This document shows, piece after piece, positions 11,560 through 21,350 of a stretch of DNA of 64,000 bases. A program made the translations under genes and the position numbers. The notes under the pieces are model-generated. The model searched no databases and was not told the origin of the DNA. It saw nothing but the letters and a program-made list of their open reading frames with translations. Every line of letters starts with the position of its first letter. Position 1 is the first letter of the stretch. The stretch is from an uncultured Gammaproteobacteria bacterium (GTDB lineage Bacteria; Pseudomonadota; Gammaproteobacteria; UBA9214): assembly GCA_963827755.1 (NCBI GenBank), contig CAWHCQ010000012.1, positions 107,843 through 171,842 on the forward strand, written 5' to 3'.

Positions 11560-11760
11560 ATGGCCCAGATACAGGCACTACGGAATACTTTGCTTGGCGA
11601 CTTCCTCGGACAACCGATCTACCAGACGATCGAATCCCAGAATCTCACCTACGTTTTTGATCGCATTGCAGACAATATTGACGGCGAATTCCCGCTCGAC
11701 CAGTTGAACAAGGACGAACTGCTGGTCAAACCCGGCCTGATCTATCGCCTCAAGGCCTGA
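11560..11760 (+). CDS. small hypothetical protein (66 aa)
   Basis: GGAG RBS, ATG start, fills the gap between aroC and the convergent ORF, globular-looking sequence, sigma28-like promoter upstream. Confidence 0.65.
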   Translation: MAQIQALRNTLLGDFLGQPIYQTIESQNLTYVFDRIADNIDGEFPLDQLNKDELLVKPGLIYRLKA

Positions 11761-11799
11761 CCCGGGCACACCTTACGGCCGGCCCTGCTGCGGGATGAT

Positions 11800-12117
11800 T
11801 CAGTCACCCTGCAGGTCCAGGCCTTCCCTGTGTGTCTGGTTGATCATGTAAAGCAGGCGTATGCAGGGCAGTTGAATATCCGAAAGCTTCTTCACCAGGC
11901 GCATGTAGGGCAGGTCAGTCCGGCCGAACTGATAGCTGCCGTCAGCCATCGATGCACGCAGTTCACGCATATCCTTCATCAGGACATCCACAAACGATAA
12001 ATCTCCCTGGTCCTCGTCAAAGGCATACCCGGTTACTTCCCTGATATCCTCGAGCTCGTCGATTACCTGTTCGATCAGCCTGACATACTCCTGTGCGGTC
12101 CTGGCACGCAGCCCCAT
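11800..12117 (-). CDS. hypothetical helical protein coupled to prmB
   Basis: Start overlaps the prmB stop (TAATG); acidic, amphipathic helical composition. Confidence 0.7.
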   Translation of the reverse strand: MGLRARTAQEYVRLIEQVIDELEDIREVTGYAFDEDQGDLSFVDVLMKDMRELRASMADGSYQFGRTDLPYMRLVKKLSDIQLPCIRLLYMINQTHREGLDLQGD

Positions 12118-13082
12118 TATTCTGTAACCTCATGTTGAATTTCGCTTGCCAGGCCCCGCTCGACTGCAACCTGGCGAAACGTCTGTGCATGTTCCCGCAG
12201 GCGGGCTGCCTCCAGCAAAAACACCCCTTCGCCGCCATATTCAAAATCCAGCCACAGGAACGGGACCCGGGGGTATTGCTCAACCAGCCGCTGCTGCGAA
12301 TGGCCGACCTCGACAACCAGTATGCCATTATCCTGAAGGCAGGCAGCGGCCTCGTTCAGGATGATGCTCACGATATCAAGACCATCCGATCCGGCAACCA
12401 GGCCCAGCGCAGGCTCATGCCGGAATTCTGCCGGTAACTCGAGTACTTCCTGCCGGGGCACATAGGGCGGGTTCGATACAATGATGTCATAGCGTGCAGC
12501 TGTCAATCCGGCAAACAGGTTCGACTCGATGGCTGTCACCCGGCTTTCGAGGTGATGACGGCGGATATTCACGCCGGCGACTTCCAGCGCATCCGCCGAG
12601 ATGTCTGCCATGTCAACACGAGCATCGGGGAATGCGCAGGCACAGGCAATGCCTATACAGCCACTGCCGCAACACAGGTCAAGAATCCTGGTCACGCGCT
12701 GCGGATCGATCCACGGGGCGAACCCGGCCTCAACCAGTTCGGCAATTGGCGACCTGGGTACCAGCACCCGCTCATCCACATAAAATGACAGCCCCGCAAA
12801 ACGGGCCTCGTTGAGCAGGTAGGCTGCGGGCTTGCGGCTGGCAACGCGTCGTTCGAGCAGCTCCATCACCCGTAGACAGTCTTTATCGTCCAGCGCAACA
12901 TCGAGCGCCTCATCGGGCTCATCGTACCCGATATGCAGTTCATGCAGGACCAGCGCCGCCGCTTCATCCAGCGCATTGTCCGTTCCATGCCCGAAAAAAA
13001 GACCGGCCTGCTCAAACAACTCCGCGCCCCGGTGGATCAATAACCTTGGAGTTAGCGGTGATTCTGTTTCGAATAGCGTCAT
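12117..13082 (-). CDS. prmB: ribosomal protein L3 glutamine methyltransferase
   Basis: Motifs FGHGTDNA, VDERVLVPRSPIAE, LDLCCGSGCIG and SNPPY; upstream of aroC. Confidence 0.95.
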   Translation of the reverse strand: MTLFETESPLTPRLLIHRGAELFEQAGLFFGHGTDNALDEAAALVLHELHIGYDEPDEALDVALDDKDCLRVMELLERRVASRKPAAYLLNEARFAGLSFYVDERVLVPRSPIAELVEAGFAPWIDPQRVTRILDLCCGSGCIGIACACAFPDARVDMADISADALEVAGVNIRRHHLESRVTAIESNLFAGLTAARYDIIVSNPPYVPRQEVLELPAEFRHEPALGLVAGSDGLDIVSIILNEAAACLQDNGILVVEVGHSQQRLVEQYPRVPFLWLDFEYGGEGVFLLEAARLREHAQTFRQVAVERGLASEIQHEVTE

Positions 13083-13146
13083 GACAGTGCGTTCCAGGTC
13101 AATGGACAGGGTGCTTCAGGCAACACTCTGTGAAATAATAACCACA

Positions 13147-13794
13147 ATGTCTACCCCCGCAAAACATCGAAACATCGCACGCATCCTGTTCCTGATAATT
13201 CTGGCCGTGCTGGCTACAGCGACGGGTATATGGTCTGCCACCGTGATACTGGACCGCCGGGCCGATCTGCAGGATCTGGAGGCAACCCGCTTCCCGGTGG
13301 CCCGGTCACTGGCCCCCTTTGAACTGGTAGACCACAACAACCGGGTGTTCAGTGAAGCAACGCTGCGAAACAGGTGGTCTTTTCTGTTCTTTGGCTACAC
13401 CCACTGTCCGGATGTATGTCCAACCACGCTCAGCGTCCTGAACACGGTTGCCAACCGCCTGGAGGACGTCGACGCCGATGTGCGTTTTGTATTTGTCAGT
13501 GTTGACCCGGAACGGGATACCCCGGAACAACTTGCCAGGTTCGTGACTTATTTCAACGGAGAGTTCATCGGCCTGACCGGCTCAACGCAGCAAATCGAAC
13601 AATTCACCAGGGATCTCGGCGTCATGCACATGCGGGTTGCAGCAGAAAAAAATACACCGGGCTATCTCGTCGACCATACGGCATCCGTGTTCCTGATCGA
13701 CCCTGACGGCCGCTACCATGCGGTGTTCAGTCCACCACTGGCAGCGGATAAAATCACTGCCGATTTCAGAAAAATGCTCAAGGCCTATCACTAG
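13147..13794 (+). CDS. SCO1/SenC copper-insertion protein
   Basis: N-terminal TM, FFGYTHCPDVCP (CxxxC), SVDPERD and VDHT copper His. Confidence 0.92.
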   Translation: MSTPAKHRNIARILFLIILAVLATATGIWSATVILDRRADLQDLEATRFPVARSLAPFELVDHNNRVFSEATLRNRWSFLFFGYTHCPDVCPTTLSVLNTVANRLEDVDADVRFVFVSVDPERDTPEQLARFVTYFNGEFIGLTGSTQQIEQFTRDLGVMHMRVAAEKNTPGYLVDHTASVFLIDPDGRYHAVFSPPLAADKITADFRKMLKAYH

Positions 13795-13858
13795 ACCCGG
13801 TATCACTGCACGCCAGGACAGCAGCACCCGATTCACTACAACACACTCGAACCAGCCA

Positions 13859-14323
13859 ATGAGAACAACACCCCTGTCGCTTTACCTTGTCATGTTGACT
13901 GCCCTGTGTCTGTGCAACACTGCACAGGCCGCGACACTTGAAATCTTCCATCCCTGGGTCAGGGAGGCACCCCCGTCCAGCCGGGTGCTGGCCGCCTACA
14001 TGACCGTCAAAAACCCGGGAGATGCCGCCATCAGCATCGAAGGGATCTCCAGTCCTGATTTTGAATCTGCCGAAGTACACCGCACCGTCGTCCACGAAGG
14101 CATGGCGCGCATGCTGCATATCAAACAACTCGAGATACCGGCAATGGGAACGGTCAGGCTGGAACCCGGCGGGCTGCACCTGATGCTGTTTAACCCGAAC
14201 CGTTCGCTGGCCACCGGTGACAGCGTCACCCTGACCCTGCACCTTGGCAACGGCATCTGCCTGACACTGGACATGCCCGTTATACGACAGGCAGCCGATG
14301 ACCGGGCGCCCCGACACCATTAA
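13859..14323 (+). CDS. PCu(A)C periplasmic copper chaperone
   Basis: Signal peptide, PWVRE, AAYM, EVH...MARM and LEPGGLHLML; follows the SCO gene. Confidence 0.9.
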   Translation: MRTTPLSLYLVMLTALCLCNTAQAATLEIFHPWVREAPPSSRVLAAYMTVKNPGDAAISIEGISSPDFESAEVHRTVVHEGMARMLHIKQLEIPAMGTVRLEPGGLHLMLFNPNRSLATGDSVTLTLHLGNGICLTLDMPVIRQAADDRAPRHH

Positions 14324-14341
14324 ATCCCCAGGTTCAGCAGG

Positions 14342-15226
14342 ATGACCCCGACAAACGCAAGCCTCCCGGACCTGCTAAAGTCCTGGCCCCTGGCCATCCT
14401 GCCGCACCAGCTGCTGTCCAGGCTGGTGCGCAGCGCGACACGCTGGAAAACCGCTTTCTGGAAAAATACCCTCATCGGGCTGTTCATCAGGCACTTCGAT
14501 GTCGACATGACAGAAGCGGAATTTCCGAATGCAAAAGACTATGCCGATTTCAACAGCTTTTTTACCCGGGCCCTCAGGGCCGGCGTCCGGCCGGTTGACC
14601 GGGACCCGCAGGCCATTCTCTCCCCGGTGGATGGGCGCGTCAGCGAGGCAGGCGCTATCAGCAACGGGCGCCTGATCCAGGCAAAAGGCCGTGACTACTC
14701 ACTCAACACCTTGCTCGGGGGTGATGAAAACCGCGCGCATCCTTTCGAGGCCGGCAGCTTTGCCACCCTCTACCTGTCACCGCGCGATTATCACCGCATC
14801 CATATGCCCTGCAGGGGGCGGCTGCTGGAAACCGCTTACATTCCAGGCAGGTTATTCAGCGTAGGCCCGCACACGGTCCGCGCCATCCCGAACCTGTTTA
14901 CCCGCAATGAACGCCTGGTCACCCTGTTTGAGACGGACGCCGGGCCCATGGCGGTCATCCTGGTCGGCGCCATTTTCGTGTCCTGCATGGAAACCGCCTG
15001 GGGCGGCATCGCCAACCCGGACATGGGCGCTGACTTGCAAACCACATCCTTTGATCAACCCGGGAGTACACCGGTCGAGCTCCAGCCGGGTGACGAGATG
15101 GGGCGATTCAACATGGGCTCAACCGTGATACTGCTCTATGGCCCCGGCCGGGTTGACTGGGTCGACAAGCTGCGCAACGGCCAGCAGGTGCGCATGGGAG
15201 AGGCGATCGGCCGGCAGTTGCGCTGA
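14342..15226 (+). CDS. psd: phosphatidylserine decarboxylase proenzyme
   Basis: Motifs FNSFFTR, SPVDG, YLSPRDYHRIHMP and the self-cleavage motif RFNMGSTV. Confidence 0.93.
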   Translation: MTPTNASLPDLLKSWPLAILPHQLLSRLVRSATRWKTAFWKNTLIGLFIRHFDVDMTEAEFPNAKDYADFNSFFTRALRAGVRPVDRDPQAILSPVDGRVSEAGAISNGRLIQAKGRDYSLNTLLGGDENRAHPFEAGSFATLYLSPRDYHRIHMPCRGRLLETAYIPGRLFSVGPHTVRAIPNLFTRNERLVTLFETDAGPMAVILVGAIFVSCMETAWGGIANPDMGADLQTTSFDQPGSTPVELQPGDEMGRFNMGSTVILLYGPGRVDWVDKLRNGQQVRMGEAIGRQLR

Positions 15227-15245
15227 ATATCGAGTAATCACCTGT

Positions 15246-15270
15246 TAACCAAACGTGCGCCCCCCCGTTA
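15246..15270 (+). promoter_or_regulatory. putative ECF sigma promoter
   Basis: TAAC-N16-CGTTA matches the generic ECF AAC-N16/17-CGT pattern, 36 nt before the His-rich gene and upstream of the ECF sigma gene. Confidence 0.5.
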
Positions 15271-15305
15271 GCGGCTTATGAGTCAACCAGAAAGGAGCCG
15301 CACTC

Positions 15306-15650
15306 ATGAAAATTCGTTCACTGTTCATTCCGACATTCCTTGCAGTGGGCCTGTCGCTTGGTTTGTCGACCTCTGCCCAGGCAAGAGACACGCATTATTC
15401 CGTCATCCTGCACGGTGGCGATCACGGCTATGCTCACACCGGGCACCAGCGTGACTACCGACGTCATTTCAAACATCACCGCCGCGCTTGTGATTATCGT
15501 GGCCATGGGCATCACAAGCGTCATTACGGCCGCCTTGATCCGTACCATAGTGATCGCTACCGGAAACATCACAAGCGCGACAAACAGCACGGATACCGGC
15601 GGGACAGAGACCATCATGACGACCATGGCCGCGGCCGCCACAGGGGTTAG
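15306..15650 (+). CDS. secreted His/Arg-rich low-complexity protein
   Basis: AGGAG RBS, signal peptide ending AQA, about 20 His in the ~88-aa mature part. Confidence 0.75.
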   Translation: MKIRSLFIPTFLAVGLSLGLSTSAQARDTHYSVILHGGDHGYAHTGHQRDYRRHFKHHRRACDYRGHGHHKRHYGRLDPYHSDRYRKHHKRDKQHGYRRDRDHHDDHGRGRHRG

Positions 15651-15798
15651 TCCAGGGCATGAATCGGTTATACTGCACGGACTGGTGCGGTGTGTCCCGG
15701 CAACGGGACACACCGTAAAAGTTATCACCATGGATTGCCCGAAAGCGCTCTGCATCGCCAGTACCGGGCGCATTCCCGACCATCGCCCTGGAGCTGTT

Positions 15799-16401
15799 TT
15801 GCCCCTGGACCAGCAAAAAAACCGGCAACTGGAAAGCTTCTTCACAGACTGGGAAGAACGGGCATTTTATATTGCCTATGCCGCCCTCTGGGACAGGGAG
15901 TCCTCGCTGGATGCCGTCCAGGAGAGCATGACCCGGTTGATAGAATACTACCGTGACAAACCGGCTGAGGAATGGCCGGCGCTGTTCCGCACCATTCTGA
16001 ACAGCAAGATCAACGATATTCGACGCCGGCGAATGCTGGAACAGGGCAAGCACAAACTGGTGTCATTGACCGGCCTCTTCCAGAAAGACAGGGAAGAGAC
16101 CGGGGCGAACACGGAATATGAACTGCCGGCCGACGGCCGCGATGACGATATAACCGCTCCGGAGGCGGAAATTGTCGCCACAGAACTGCGCAGCAAGGTG
16201 GCCGATGCCTTGCAATCGCTCTCTGAAAGACAACGTCAGGTATTTATTCTCAGGGAATGGCGTGGTATGACTATCAATGAAACAGCGCAGACGCTCGGCT
16301 GCTCGAAAAACAGCGTCAAGCAGCACCATTTTCGGGCGCTGCGTACATTACGCGTGGAACTAGCGGAGGTGTGGGATCATGCACAGCACACAACATCCTG
16401 A
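15799..16401 (+). CDS. ECF RNA polymerase sigma factor
   Basis: Region 2 DAVQESM...LFRTIL...INDIRRR and region 4 LQSLSERQRQVFILREW...ETAQTLGCS. Probable TTG start at 15799 within ORF 15340..16401. Confidence 0.88.
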   Translation: MPLDQQKNRQLESFFTDWEERAFYIAYAALWDRESSLDAVQESMTRLIEYYRDKPAEEWPALFRTILNSKINDIRRRRMLEQGKHKLVSLTGLFQKDREETGANTEYELPADGRDDDITAPEAEIVATELRSKVADALQSLSERQRQVFILREWRGMTINETAQTLGCSKNSVKQHHFRALRTLRVELAEVWDHAQHTTS

Positions 16402-16849
16402 CCCGGAACAGCTGGATCGGCTGCGTGCCGGCCTGCTGGATGACAAGGCCGATGAAAAAAGGTCACTGGAAAAGCATCTCGAAGACTGCCCGTCCTGCCA
16501 GTCGCACTACACCAGCTGGCAGCAACTCGGCCCCGCAGCACTGGGGCCGCAGCTGGGCACGGCATCACTGGGCAGCTCCCTGCAACAGGCACGCCGGCAG
16601 GCCCTGGATAACGCAGATACACGCCATTCGCGCTCATACACCCGTTACGCAACAGCGGCACTGCTGCTGGTCGCAGTATCGATCGGTTTCTGGGTGGCCC
16701 AGCCGGAATTCCAGGAGACACAGCTGGCGACGGCGGAGTCTGGCCAGGAGGTTCCGGACCTGTATGAAGATATAGACTTTTACCTCTGGCTTGCCGGGCA
16801 GAATGGTAATAGCATCGATAATGAAGACACCAACCCGAACAATACCTGA
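16379..16849 (+). CDS. zinc-binding anti-sigma factor with TM helix
   Basis: ZAS motif HLEDCPSC (HxxxCxxC), one TM segment, C-terminal DLYEDIDFYLWL; overlaps the sigma gene stop. Confidence 0.8.
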   Translation: MHSTQHPDPEQLDRLRAGLLDDKADEKRSLEKHLEDCPSCQSHYTSWQQLGPAALGPQLGTASLGSSLQQARRQALDNADTRHSRSYTRYATAALLLVAVSIGFWVAQPEFQETQLATAESGQEVPDLYEDIDFYLWLAGQNGNSIDNEDTNPNNT

Positions 16850-16850
16850 C

Positions 16851-17174
16851 ATGAGCCCTGTGATCGCCATACGGTCCGTGCTGCTGGTGCTGGCTTTGAT
16901 GGCCAGCTCCCAGGCCGCGCTTGCGGCCAGGGGTATACCCTGGAATTCCCTGGACGAGACCGAGCAGTCGGCGTTGCAGCAGTACCGGGGAAACTGGTCG
17001 AACATTGCCCCGGAAGAACAGCAAAAACTGCGCCAGGGTGCGCGCAAGTACCTCAAGCTCAGCCCGCAACAGCGTCAGGCAGTCGAGCGAAAACGCAATC
17101 AATATGAAAAAATGCCCCCGCAGCAACGCCAGCAGTTACGCAGGGAATATCGCAAACAGAAACAGCAAAGATAA
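16851..17174 (+). CDS. DUF3106-like periplasmic helical protein
   Basis: Signal peptide and W-x-x-L-(S/P)-x-E-Q-Q repeats; typical third gene after an ECF sigma and anti-sigma. Confidence 0.75.
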   Translation: MSPVIAIRSVLLVLALMASSQAALAARGIPWNSLDETEQSALQQYRGNWSNIAPEEQQKLRQGARKYLKLSPQQRQAVERKRNQYEKMPPQQRQQLRREYRKQKQQR

Positions 17175-17288
17175 TCCCCCGTCCGGGCGGTACGGCTCAT
17201 ACCACCACGCTTACCACTGACAGCCCTTCTCTGCTATGCTTCGCGCGCCCGCTCACCGGGTACTTGAACAGAATACAGGCAGGCAATC

Positions 17289-18086
17289 ATGCACCCCACC
17301 CTGAATATCGCTGTCCGAGCGGCACGTAGCGCCGGCAACGTCATCATCCGCAATCTTGGCAAGCTCGACTCGCTGACCGTACACTCGAAGAATCGCAATG
17401 ATTTCGTCAGCGAAGTGGACACGCAGGCCGAGCAGGAAATCATCCACATCCTGCGCAAGGCCTTCCCCGACCATGGCATCCTTGCAGAAGAAAGCGGTCA
17501 TCACGATGGCGATGCCTATCAATGGGTCATCGACCCGCTGGATGGTACGACAAACTTCCTCCATGGTTTTCCACAGTTCGCCGTATCCATCGCCCTGAGG
17601 CACAAGGGCAGACTGGAACAGGGCGTCGTCTATGATCCGTTGCGCCAGGAACTGTTTACCGCGACTCGCGGAGCCGGCGCCATGTTGAACGACCGCCGCA
17701 TTCGGGTAACAAGTCGCAAGTCACTCGACGGTGCCTTGCTGGGTACCGGCTTTCCGTTTAAATCGCAACAGCATCTGGACGCCTACCTGGATATGTTCCG
17801 TGTCCTGTTTCCCCGGTCAGCCGGGATCAGGCGCGCCGGCTCAGCCGCTCTCGACCTCGCCTATGTCGCCAGCGGCCGCCTCGATGGCTTCTGGGAGATC
17901 GGTTTGAGCATATGGGACATGGCTGCAGGCATTCTGCTGATCCAGGAAGCAGGCGGCCTGTGTGCTGATTTCACCGGCGGGCATGATTATTTGGGCAACG
18001 GAAACCTGGTCACCGCCAACCCGAAACTGTTTGCTGAAATCCTGAAAACCATTCGCCCCTTCGTGACAGACGAACTGCGTACCTGA
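17289..18086 (+). CDS. suhB: inositol monophosphatase / SuhB
   Basis: Motifs WVIDPLDGTTNF, RRAGSAALDL and WDMAAG. Confidence 0.96.
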   Translation: MHPTLNIAVRAARSAGNVIIRNLGKLDSLTVHSKNRNDFVSEVDTQAEQEIIHILRKAFPDHGILAEESGHHDGDAYQWVIDPLDGTTNFLHGFPQFAVSIALRHKGRLEQGVVYDPLRQELFTATRGAGAMLNDRRIRVTSRKSLDGALLGTGFPFKSQQHLDAYLDMFRVLFPRSAGIRRAGSAALDLAYVASGRLDGFWEIGLSIWDMAAGILLIQEAGGLCADFTGGHDYLGNGNLVTANPKLFAEILKTIRPFVTDELRT

Positions 18087-18173
18087 TTACTCCCGCCGGG
18101 CGTCCACCGGGCTGGCTGCGCAATCGCCGCTGCCGGGAAAGGATTTCACGCCCGCGAACACCCCCGGCCGGGT

Positions 18174-18200
18174 TCAAGTTTGATGTCCGGGTGCCGATTA
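18174..18200 (+). promoter_or_regulatory. putative sigma28 (FliA) promoter
   Basis: TCAAGTTT-N11-GCCGATTA, close to the extended consensus TAAAGTTT-N11-GCCGATAA. Confidence 0.7.
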
Positions 18201-18260
18201 TTGAGCCATATAGATGCTGCATCCCGGGCCCCACCGGGTTGATAAACAGGATAAATAGAT

Positions 18261-18488
18261 ATGGCTAACTCATTAAAAGGGAAGAAGATTAATAATAGCG
18301 CCATGGAGGTTATCATGCGCGATGTCCTGCATGGGATGGCAGAGTTCACTCGGGACAACAGCTGCGGCAGCCAGCTCGGCAACCTGGAAATCATCGCCGT
18401 TGAGAGTCCGCGCCGTCATCTGCCGACGAGCGCCAGGATACTGCCCTTTCCTTTAGCCGGAACGACTTCCACAAAAAAACAGCCGTAA
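18261..18488 (+). CDS. small hypothetical protein (alternative start 18315)
   Basis: Follows the sigma28-like promoter, GGAGG RBS before ATG 18315, fills the suhB-secF gap. Confidence 0.55.
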   Translation: MANSLKGKKINNSAMEVIMRDVLHGMAEFTRDNSCGSQLGNLEIIAVESPRRHLPTSARILPFPLAGTTSTKKQP

Positions 18489-18515
18489 CGGCATCCGCCA
18501 GTGTCACACGGCAGT

Positions 18516-19454
18516 TTAAATACTGCTGCCTTCCTGTCCTTCCTCTTCTTTTTTCGCCGGCATTAAATCGGCCTTGGTGACACCCAGCGCCAGTGTGGCG
18601 GTACTTGCCACGTAGATCGATGAATAGGTGCCAACCACAACACCGAGAATCAGGGCCAGGGAGAACCCGTGAATCACTTCCCCGCCAAAAACAAACAGGG
18701 ACGTCAGCACAATCAATGTGGTCAGCGAGGTCATCAAGGTTCGTGACAGGGTCTGGTTGATAGAGGCATTTATTACCTGTATCGAAGTCCGCTTGCGCAT
18801 TTTACGGAAGTTTTCGCGGATCCGGTCAAACACCACGATGGTATCGTTGAGCGAGTAGCCGATAACCGCGAGCAGGGCCGCGACCACTGTGAGATCAAAA
18901 TCGCTCTGGGTCAACGAAAAGAAGCCGACAATAATGAGCACATCGTGAATGAGAGCGGCGACAGCCCCGGGCGCAAAGCGCCACTGGAAACGGACAATAA
19001 TATAGAGAAGAATCCCGATCAGCGCGTAGATCATCGCCAGGGCACCCTGCTCAGTCAGTTCCTTGCCAACCTGCGGACCAACAAATTCAACACGACGCAT
19101 CTCGACGCTTGCATCCTGCTTACGCAAGGCTGCGAGCACATCCTCGCTAAGCTGGGCACTTTTTTTGCCTTCACGGGGCGCGATCCGTATGAGGACATCA
19201 CGCGAGGTGCCGAAATGCTGTGCCTGCGCCAGGTCGAAACCTGCATCGGACAGCACTGCACGAATCGTTTCCAGCTCCGCGGGTTGCGGGTAGCCAACCT
19301 CGATCAATGTGCCACCGGTAAAATCAATGCCCAGGTTCAACCCCTTGTACAGCAGTGAACCCGCAGCAATAACAAGCATCAATGAAGATACTATGACGGC
19401 AAAACGCCGCTTGCCCATAAAATCAATATTCAGTTTGCCTTTTAAAAGTCGCAT
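18516..19454 (-). CDS. secF: protein translocase subunit SecF
   Basis: Motifs GIDFTGG, FVGPQVG and GYSLNDTIVVFDRIREN. Confidence 0.97.
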   Translation of the reverse strand: MRLLKGKLNIDFMGKRRFAVIVSSLMLVIAAGSLLYKGLNLGIDFTGGTLIEVGYPQPAELETIRAVLSDAGFDLAQAQHFGTSRDVLIRIAPREGKKSAQLSEDVLAALRKQDASVEMRRVEFVGPQVGKELTEQGALAMIYALIGILLYIIVRFQWRFAPGAVAALIHDVLIIVGFFSLTQSDFDLTVVAALLAVIGYSLNDTIVVFDRIRENFRKMRKRTSIQVINASINQTLSRTLMTSLTTLIVLTSLFVFGGEVIHGFSLALILGVVVGTYSSIYVASTATLALGVTKADLMPAKKEEEGQEGSSI

Positions 19455-19473
19455 GCTTATCCGCCTTCAGCCA

Positions 19474-21330
19474 TCAAATCGACAGCCGGGAAACACGCCG
19501 GCCACCATAGACAAGGTTTATCACTGCACGGGTACCCATAATGGCAGTGAACATCGAGGTTAATATCCCGATCGACAGGGTCACTGCAAAGCCCTTGACA
19601 GGACCCGTTCCATAACTCAACAGGACAACGGCAGCAATCAGGGTGGTGATATTTGCGTCGGCGATCGTGGAAAACGCCTTCTCGTATCCGGCCTGTATAC
19701 TCGCCTGCGGACTGTTGCCGTTACGCAGTTCTTCCCTTATACGTTCGAAAATCAACACATTCGCATCCACTGCCATACCCACTGTCAGCACGATACCGGC
19801 GATACCAGGCAAGGTCAGCGTCGCCTGCAACATCGAGAGGATAGCGATGATCAGTACGAGGTTCACTGTCAGCGCAATATCCGCAACCAGCCCGAACAAG
19901 CGGTAGTAAAGCACCATAAAAACCAGCACTGCACAAAACCCGATCAGCACCGAGTTAAAACCCTGGTCGATATTATCCTTACCCATGCTCGGACCGATGG
20001 TGCGCTCCTCGACAATCTCGATCGGCGCTGCCAGCGCACCGGAGCGTAACAGGAGCGCCAGTTCGTGCGCTTCTCCGGGACTGTCCAGGCCGGTAGTCTG
20101 GAAGCGCTTGCTGAAGACGCCCTGTATGGTGGCGACACTCACCACGTCCTCAACCTTTTTCCTGGTCTTCACAGGTTTGCCGTCCACGAGGCGTGTTTCC
20201 GTCTTGTTCTCGATAAATACCACGGCCATTGGCTTGCCGACACTTACCTTGGTGAACTTCAACATGCTGCGCGCACCTTTTGCATCGAGCATGACAGTCA
20301 CATTAGGTGAGCCTGATTGCTGGTCAAAACCGGAATTGGCATTGATGATCTGGTCACCGGTCACGATAACCGATTTCTTCAACAGGACCGGGGTGCCATC
20401 GCGGCTGTAATACAGCCTGGAACCGGCAGGAACCTTGCCCGCAACGGCAGCTTCCAGGTCATGCTCAACGTCGACCGCGCGGTATTCAAGCGTTGCTGTT
20501 GCCCCGAGTATTTTCTTCGCCTGCGCCGTGTCCTGCACACCCGGCAACTGCACAACAATACGCTCGGTTCCCTGTTGCTGGATAATGGGTTCCGCCACCC
20601 CCAGTTCGTTGACACGATTACGCAGGGTGAGAATATTCTGCTGCAGGGCCAGCTGCTGAATTTCCTTTATCTCGTTCTCGTCAGGCCTGGCAAACAGGGA
20701 AGGCTTGTCCGCATCATCCCCTGTCTCGAGCTGCAGCCTCGGGCTGTCTTTTCTGATAAGGGCATAGGCCCGCTCGCGGTCTTCGCTGTTGCGGAAAATA
20801 ATCTGCACGCCCTGTTTCTGGGAACGTACGCTGGAGTAGCGTATTTTCGCTTCCCGCAACAGTGTGCGCAGGCCCGCGTTGTAGCTGTCGATAGACTTCT
20901 GGGTTGCAGCATCAATATCCACCTCCATGAGGAAGTGAACACCACCACGCAGATCAAGGCCCAGGTACATGGGCAAGGCATTAAAAGTGTCCAGCCACGC
21001 CGGTGTGGCGGGCGCCAGGTTCAGTGCAATGATGTAATCCGTCCCGAGTGCAGCCTGGGCATACTCAACGGCCTTCAGCTGCTCTTCGGTATCATCAAAA
21101 CGGATCAACAGCTTGCCGGCGCCGGATTCAACGGACTTCCTGGTGATGCCGGCCTCATCAAGCGTTTGCAGCAGCCTGTCCGTTACGCTGTCATCGAGAA
21201 CGGCATTACGCGTACCGGATATCTGCAGCGCCGGATCCTCGCCATAAAGGTTCGGTAGCGCGTAGATTGCGCCAATCACCAGCACAAAGACAATGAGAAG
21301 GTACTTCCAAACCGGGTACTGGTTAGTCAT
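19474..21330 (-). CDS. secD: protein translocase subunit SecD
   Basis: Motifs LGLDLRGG, RVNELGVAEP and GMAVDANVLIFERIREE. Confidence 0.97.
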   Translation of the reverse strand: MTNQYPVWKYLLIVFVLVIGAIYALPNLYGEDPALQISGTRNAVLDDSVTDRLLQTLDEAGITRKSVESGAGKLLIRFDDTEEQLKAVEYAQAALGTDYIIALNLAPATPAWLDTFNALPMYLGLDLRGGVHFLMEVDIDAATQKSIDSYNAGLRTLLREAKIRYSSVRSQKQGVQIIFRNSEDRERAYALIRKDSPRLQLETGDDADKPSLFARPDENEIKEIQQLALQQNILTLRNRVNELGVAEPIIQQQGTERIVVQLPGVQDTAQAKKILGATATLEYRAVDVEHDLEAAVAGKVPAGSRLYYSRDGTPVLLKKSVIVTGDQIINANSGFDQQSGSPNVTVMLDAKGARSMLKFTKVSVGKPMAVVFIENKTETRLVDGKPVKTRKKVEDVVSVATIQGVFSKRFQTTGLDSPGEAHELALLLRSGALAAPIEIVEERTIGPSMGKDNIDQGFNSVLIGFCAVLVFMVLYYRLFGLVADIALTVNLVLIIAILSMLQATLTLPGIAGIVLTVGMAVDANVLIFERIREELRNGNSPQASIQAGYEKAFSTIADANITTLIAAVVLLSYGTGPVKGFAVTLSIGILTSMFTAIMGTRAVINLVYGGRRVSRLSI

Positions 21331-21350
21331 TACGGGCCGTCCTTTTGGCG

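Noticed and set aside
12832-13146. N-terminal extension of the SCO ORF (likewise the extensions of the ECF sigma ORF from 15340 and of glgC to 31382)
   Set aside because: The extensions overlap other genes; downstream starts fit family lengths.
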